Source of the DNA: Myxococcota bacterium
GTDB lineage: Bacteria; Myxococcota; XYA12-FULL-58-9; JABJBS01
Assembly: GCA_036339465.1 (NCBI GenBank)
Contig: JAYZAY010000055.1
Location: forward strand, 1 to 28,226
Length of the DNA stretch: 28,226 nt
Reading direction: 5' to 3'
Position 1 is the stretch's first letter, and each line of letters begins with the position of its first letter. The position numbers were made by a program, and so were the translations under genes. The notes beneath the pieces were generated by a model. That model had not been told where the DNA came from, searched no databases, and worked only from the letters and a program-made list of their open reading frames with translations. Shown here one piece after another: positions 24,997-28,226 of this stretch.

Positions 24997-27221
24997 AATC
25001 CCCCTCAGCCAAAGGGCTCATTCGGTGGGCTTCCAATTTAATACATCAAGTTGACGGCCCTTTAACTCAGCAGCTCCTTCGCACCCCCGGAGAATTCGGT
25101 TTAGGACAAGTTCCCGCGGCCCAAAAACCTACCGCAACCACCTCCTTAACCTGTGGCTACTGCTCCACTGGATGCAGTTTGACGGCCCATCTAAAGGATG
25201 GAGAAGCCATCAATCTATCTCCGAACTCCGAATACCCGGTCAATCTCGGAATGGCCTGCCCCAAAGGATGGGAAGCGTTAACACCTATGGGCGCCTTAGA
25301 CCGCGGAACCACACCTCTGCTGCGCTCGAAAGCAGGTCGAATGGAAGCCATCGATTGGCACGATGCGATGACGACCTTTACGGATAAATTTAAAGAGATT
25401 GGTCGAAAACATGGTCAGGACTCCATCGCATTTTTGGGAACCGGCCAGATTACGACCGAAGAGATGGCTCTTTTAGGCTCTCTGGCTAAATTTGGCATGG
25501 GCATGGTTCACGGAGATGGCAATACAAGACAGTGTATGGCCACTGCAGTTGCGGCCTATAAACAAAGTTTCGGATTTGATGCACCGCCCTATACCTACCA
25601 AGATTTCGAAGAATCCGATGTCATTATTTTGATCGGAAGCAACCTGTGCATTGCTCACCCAATTATGTGGGAGCGAATTTCTAGAAACAAAAACAATCCC
25701 AAGGTCATCGTCATCGACCCGCGAAAAACAGAAACCGCGTCAGCTGCAACCCATCATCTCGCAATTTATCCAAAATCAGACCTCGTACTTTTTTATGGAT
25801 TGGCAAATATACTCATCAATGAAAATTGGACAGATAACACCTTCATCGAGAAACACACCGATAACTTCGAAGAATTTCGGAAATTCGTGTCGCAATTCAG
25901 CATCGCTTCAGTATCCGAAGCCACTGGCATTGAGGAACCACAATTATTTGACCTTGCAAAAACCATTCATGCGTCAAAGGCCACCTCCTTTTGGTGGACC
26001 ATGGGAGTCAACCAAAGTCATGAGGGCGTACGAGTCGCTCAGTCAGTCATCAATATTGCCCTCATGACCGGAAATATTGGAAGACCAGGAACCGGAGCGA
26101 ATTCCATTACAGGACAGGCAAATGCGATGGGTTCTCGGCTCTTCAGTAATACCAGCTCACTACTCGGCGGGCATGATTTCAAAAACGCGGAGCACCGAAA
26201 AAAAGTTGCTCAACATTTAGACATCCCCGAGACCAGTATTCCGACCACGGCGGGAATGGCCTATGACCAAATTGTGGAGGGTATCCTTTCTGGGAAAATT
26301 AAGGGGCTCTGGGTGATCGCAACGAACCCAGCCCACTCATGGATCCACCAAGGAAACCTACGCGACATTCTAGGCCGATTAGACTTCTTAGTCGTCCAAG
26401 ACTTATACCCGACCACCGAAACTTCCCAATATGCAGACCTTTATTTTCCATCTGCGGGTTGGGGGGAAAAAGAAGGTACATTCATTAACTCCGAACGTCG
26501 CATTGGACTACTCAAAAAAGTCATTCGCGCTCCGGGTAAAGCGCTCTCCGATTTTTATATTTTCAAACTGGTTGCTGAGTATTGGGGATGTGGCGACCTT
26601 TTCACGCAGTGGAGCGACCCTGAGTCCACCTTTCAAATCCTCCGAAAAATAACCAAAGACCAACCCTGCGACATCACCGGCATAGAGGATTATGCTCAAA
26701 TAGACACTCTTGGTGGAATCCAGTGGCCTCATCCAGAAGGTTCGAAAACACCAAATCCGCAACGGAGGCTATTCGAAGACAACTGTTTTTTCCACGCCAA
26801 TAAGCGAGCTTATTTTCATTTCGAAACACCCCGTGACATACCAGAAAAGACCAACGAGGAATTCCCATTTCTCCTATTGACGGGACGAGGGTCCTCTTCA
26901 CAATGGCATACACAAACACGCACCTCAAAATCCCCTGTATTGCGAAATCTCTATCCCAATGCAGTGTATGCCGAAATAAATCCACTGGATGCCGAGAGGC
27001 TTGGCATCCAACGCCATTCGGAGGTACGCATACTTTCGCGCCGGGGAAGTGTTAGGGCCAAAGCCTTTCTGACCACCAGTATTCAGGAGGGACACATATT
27101 TATGCCCATGCATTACGAGGAAACCAATGTCCTAACACATGCCTCTTTCGACCCCTATTCACGACAACCCTCCTACAAAGCATCGGCAGTGAACATTCGA
27201 CCACTGCAACATTGGGAATAG
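24993..27221 (+). CDS. nasA: Mo-bis-PGD nitrate reductase catalytic subunit, assimilatory NasA/NarB type, 742 aa (start corrected)
   Basis: ATG 24993 overlaps the upstream stop (ATGA) with an [16 protein letters not shown]...[12 protein letters not shown] (Mo-ligating Cys), [49 protein letters not shown]; no Tat signal. Confidence 0.88.
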   Translation: MKSPSAKGLIRWASNLIHQVDGPLTQQLLRTPGEFGLGQVPAAQKPTATTSLTCGYCSTGCSLTAHLKDGEAINLSPNSEYPVNLGMACPKGWEALTPMGALDRGTTPLLRSKAGRMEAIDWHDAMTTFTDKFKEIGRKHGQDSIAFLGTGQITTEEMALLGSLAKFGMGMVHGDGNTRQCMATAVAAYKQSFGFDAPPYTYQDFEESDVIILIGSNLCIAHPIMWERISRNKNNPKVIVIDPRKTETASAATHHLAIYPKSDLVLFYGLANILINENWTDNTFIEKHTDNFEEFRKFVSQFSIASVSEATGIEEPQLFDLAKTIHASKATSFWWTMGVNQSHEGVRVAQSVINIALMTGNIGRPGTGANSITGQANAMGSRLFSNTSSLLGGHDFKNAEHRKKVAQHLDIPETSIPTTAGMAYDQIVEGILSGKIKGLWVIATNPAHSWIHQGNLRDILGRLDFLVVQDLYPTTETSQYADLYFPSAGWGEKEGTFINSERRIGLLKKVIRAPGKALSDFYIFKLVAEYWGCGDLFTQWSDPESTFQILRKITKDQPCDITGIEDYAQIDTLGGIQWPHPEGSKTPNPQRRLFEDNCFFHANKRAYFHFETPRDIPEKTNEEFPFLLLTGRGSSSQWHTQTRTSKSPVLRNLYPNAVYAEINPLDAERLGIQRHSEVRILSRRGSVRAKAFLTTSIQEGHIFMPMHYEETNVLTHASFDPYSRQPSYKASAVNIRPLQHWE

Positions 27222-27294
27222 AGAGAATATTCTAGAAAAAGATGGCATGACCACGCCACAATGACGTAGTTAAAATAATAAAAGAGAGAAAGAC

Positions 27295-28113
27295 ATGACG
27301 CAAAAAAAAAATGGGTTTGTTTGGTTCGTTGGAGCTGGTCCCGGTGCAGCAGACCTAATCACCGTACGTGGCCTCACGATACTGAAACGCGCTGATGTTG
27401 TTTTATACGACAGTTTGGTTGAACCAGAGCTTCTGGAACTTACCGATTCCAGAAAACTCCATGTGGGCAAACGTTGTGGACGACATAATTATTCTCAAGA
27501 AGAAATTTCGTCGCTCATGGTTAGGGAGGCGTGGAATGGTCACCGGGTGGTCCGATTGAAAGGCGGAGATCCTGCAGTCTTTGGCCGACTGGGCGAAGAA
27601 GTGGATGCGCTTCGAAAATATGGGATTCCATTCGAAATTATTCCTGGGGTTTCAAGTGTCACCGCCAGTGTGCTTGCATGTGGCCTATCTCTCACCAAAC
27701 GAGGAATAGCAGACTCTTTTTGTGTGGTCACAGGTAAGAAAGCCGACTCAGATGAACCACTGACGATTCCAACTTATGACCCTAGGCAGACCATCGTAAT
27801 TTTGATGGGCGTTAGAAATTTTGCATCCATCAGAAAGTCCATGTCAGAACAAGGTTACCCCATGGATATCCCCTTATGCTTTATTTCGCGCGCGGGCAGA
27901 AAGGATGCGTCCTATATTCACACAAATTTGGGTTCAGCCAACAAAAAGGTCGACGCGCTCAAAGACGCAGCACCCACGATAATCTTAGTCGGCCATATCG
28001 CGCAGGATCTAGAGACTGAAATTGATTATTTTTCCCCCGAGTCCATGGGGAATTCTCCACGTCTTTGGACTGAGCCAGACAAAACAGGAATTAAAGTGTC
28101 TTCCCCGACCTGA
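27295..28113 (+). CDS. cobA: Uroporphyrinogen-III C-methyltransferase (siroheme pathway; stand-alone CysG-A/CobA type)
   Basis: VGAGPG, VLYDSLV, VGKRCG, RLKGGDPAVFGR, IPGVSS; no N-terminal CysG-B dehydrogenase/chelatase domain. Confidence 0.93.
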   Translation: MTQKKNGFVWFVGAGPGAADLITVRGLTILKRADVVLYDSLVEPELLELTDSRKLHVGKRCGRHNYSQEEISSLMVREAWNGHRVVRLKGGDPAVFGRLGEEVDALRKYGIPFEIIPGVSSVTASVLACGLSLTKRGIADSFCVVTGKKADSDEPLTIPTYDPRQTIVILMGVRNFASIRKSMSEQGYPMDIPLCFISRAGRKDASYIHTNLGSANKKVDALKDAAPTIILVGHIAQDLETEIDYFSPESMGNSPRLWTEPDKTGIKVSSPT

Positions 28114-28226
28114 CTCAGGATTCCGACACCTGCGCTTGGTGATAGTGACTTATGATTGTAGACACCGAGGGGCGATTCCAGAACCATATTATTTTGACAT
28201 CCACCCACGATAATGTTGCCCTAAGC

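Noticed and set aside
24993..27221. Periplasmic NapA, DMSO reductase DmsA or formate dehydrogenase assignment
   Set aside because: There is no twin-arginine signal; the RQCM and GQANAMG motifs and the nirB/narK/cobA context fit a cytoplasmic NasA/NarB-type enzyme.
1501..27221. Idea that the NirB diaphorase domain or the DmsBC-like fusion is the missing input module of the headless complex I
   Set aside because: The loci are about 7 kb apart, separated by unrelated and oppositely oriented genes, and the nitrate genes have their own sigma54 promoters; only proximity supports it.
1..28226. CRISPR arrays, tRNA/rRNA genes, transposases or integrases
   Set aside because: No regularly spaced repeats, cloverleaf-like segments or recombinase motifs were seen.

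Overview
Bacterial genomic window with four parts. (1) An orphan membrane protein with three glycine-zipper hairpin repeats (17-1084). (2) A tightly coupled 11-gene complex I-like operon, nuoABCDHIJKLMN (1501-11563), with no nuoEFG NADH-input module. (3) Three consecutive minus-strand accessory genes (11814-15926): an App1/DUF2183-like DxDxT phosphatase, a 634-aa membrane protein fusing an M50B-like metalloprotease motif set (HEVVGH...GHDF) to a C-terminal helicase-associated (HA)-like domain, and a 109-aa orphan. All three carry the same bipartite motif, GCAAC-N14-GCCGAWAW, 29-38 nt upstream of their starts, which looks like a promoter for an alternative sigma factor. They are followed by a YceI-like lipoprotein and a neutral zinc metallopeptidase. 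(4) A nitrate/nitrite reduction cluster with two sigma54-type promoters (18742-28113): fused NirB-NirD, a NarK/NRT2 transporter with divergent signature residues, a DmsB-DmsC-like Fe-S/membrane-anchor fusion coupled to a cytoplasmic NasA/NarB-type nitrate reductase, and a uroporphyrinogen-III methyltransferase. I saw no rRNA, tRNA, CRISPR array or mobile element. The best candidates for an undescribed system are the co-regulated orphan trio with its protease-HA fusion and the apparently quinol-fed assimilatory-type nitrate reductase. All family calls come from motif recognition by eye; no database searches were run.
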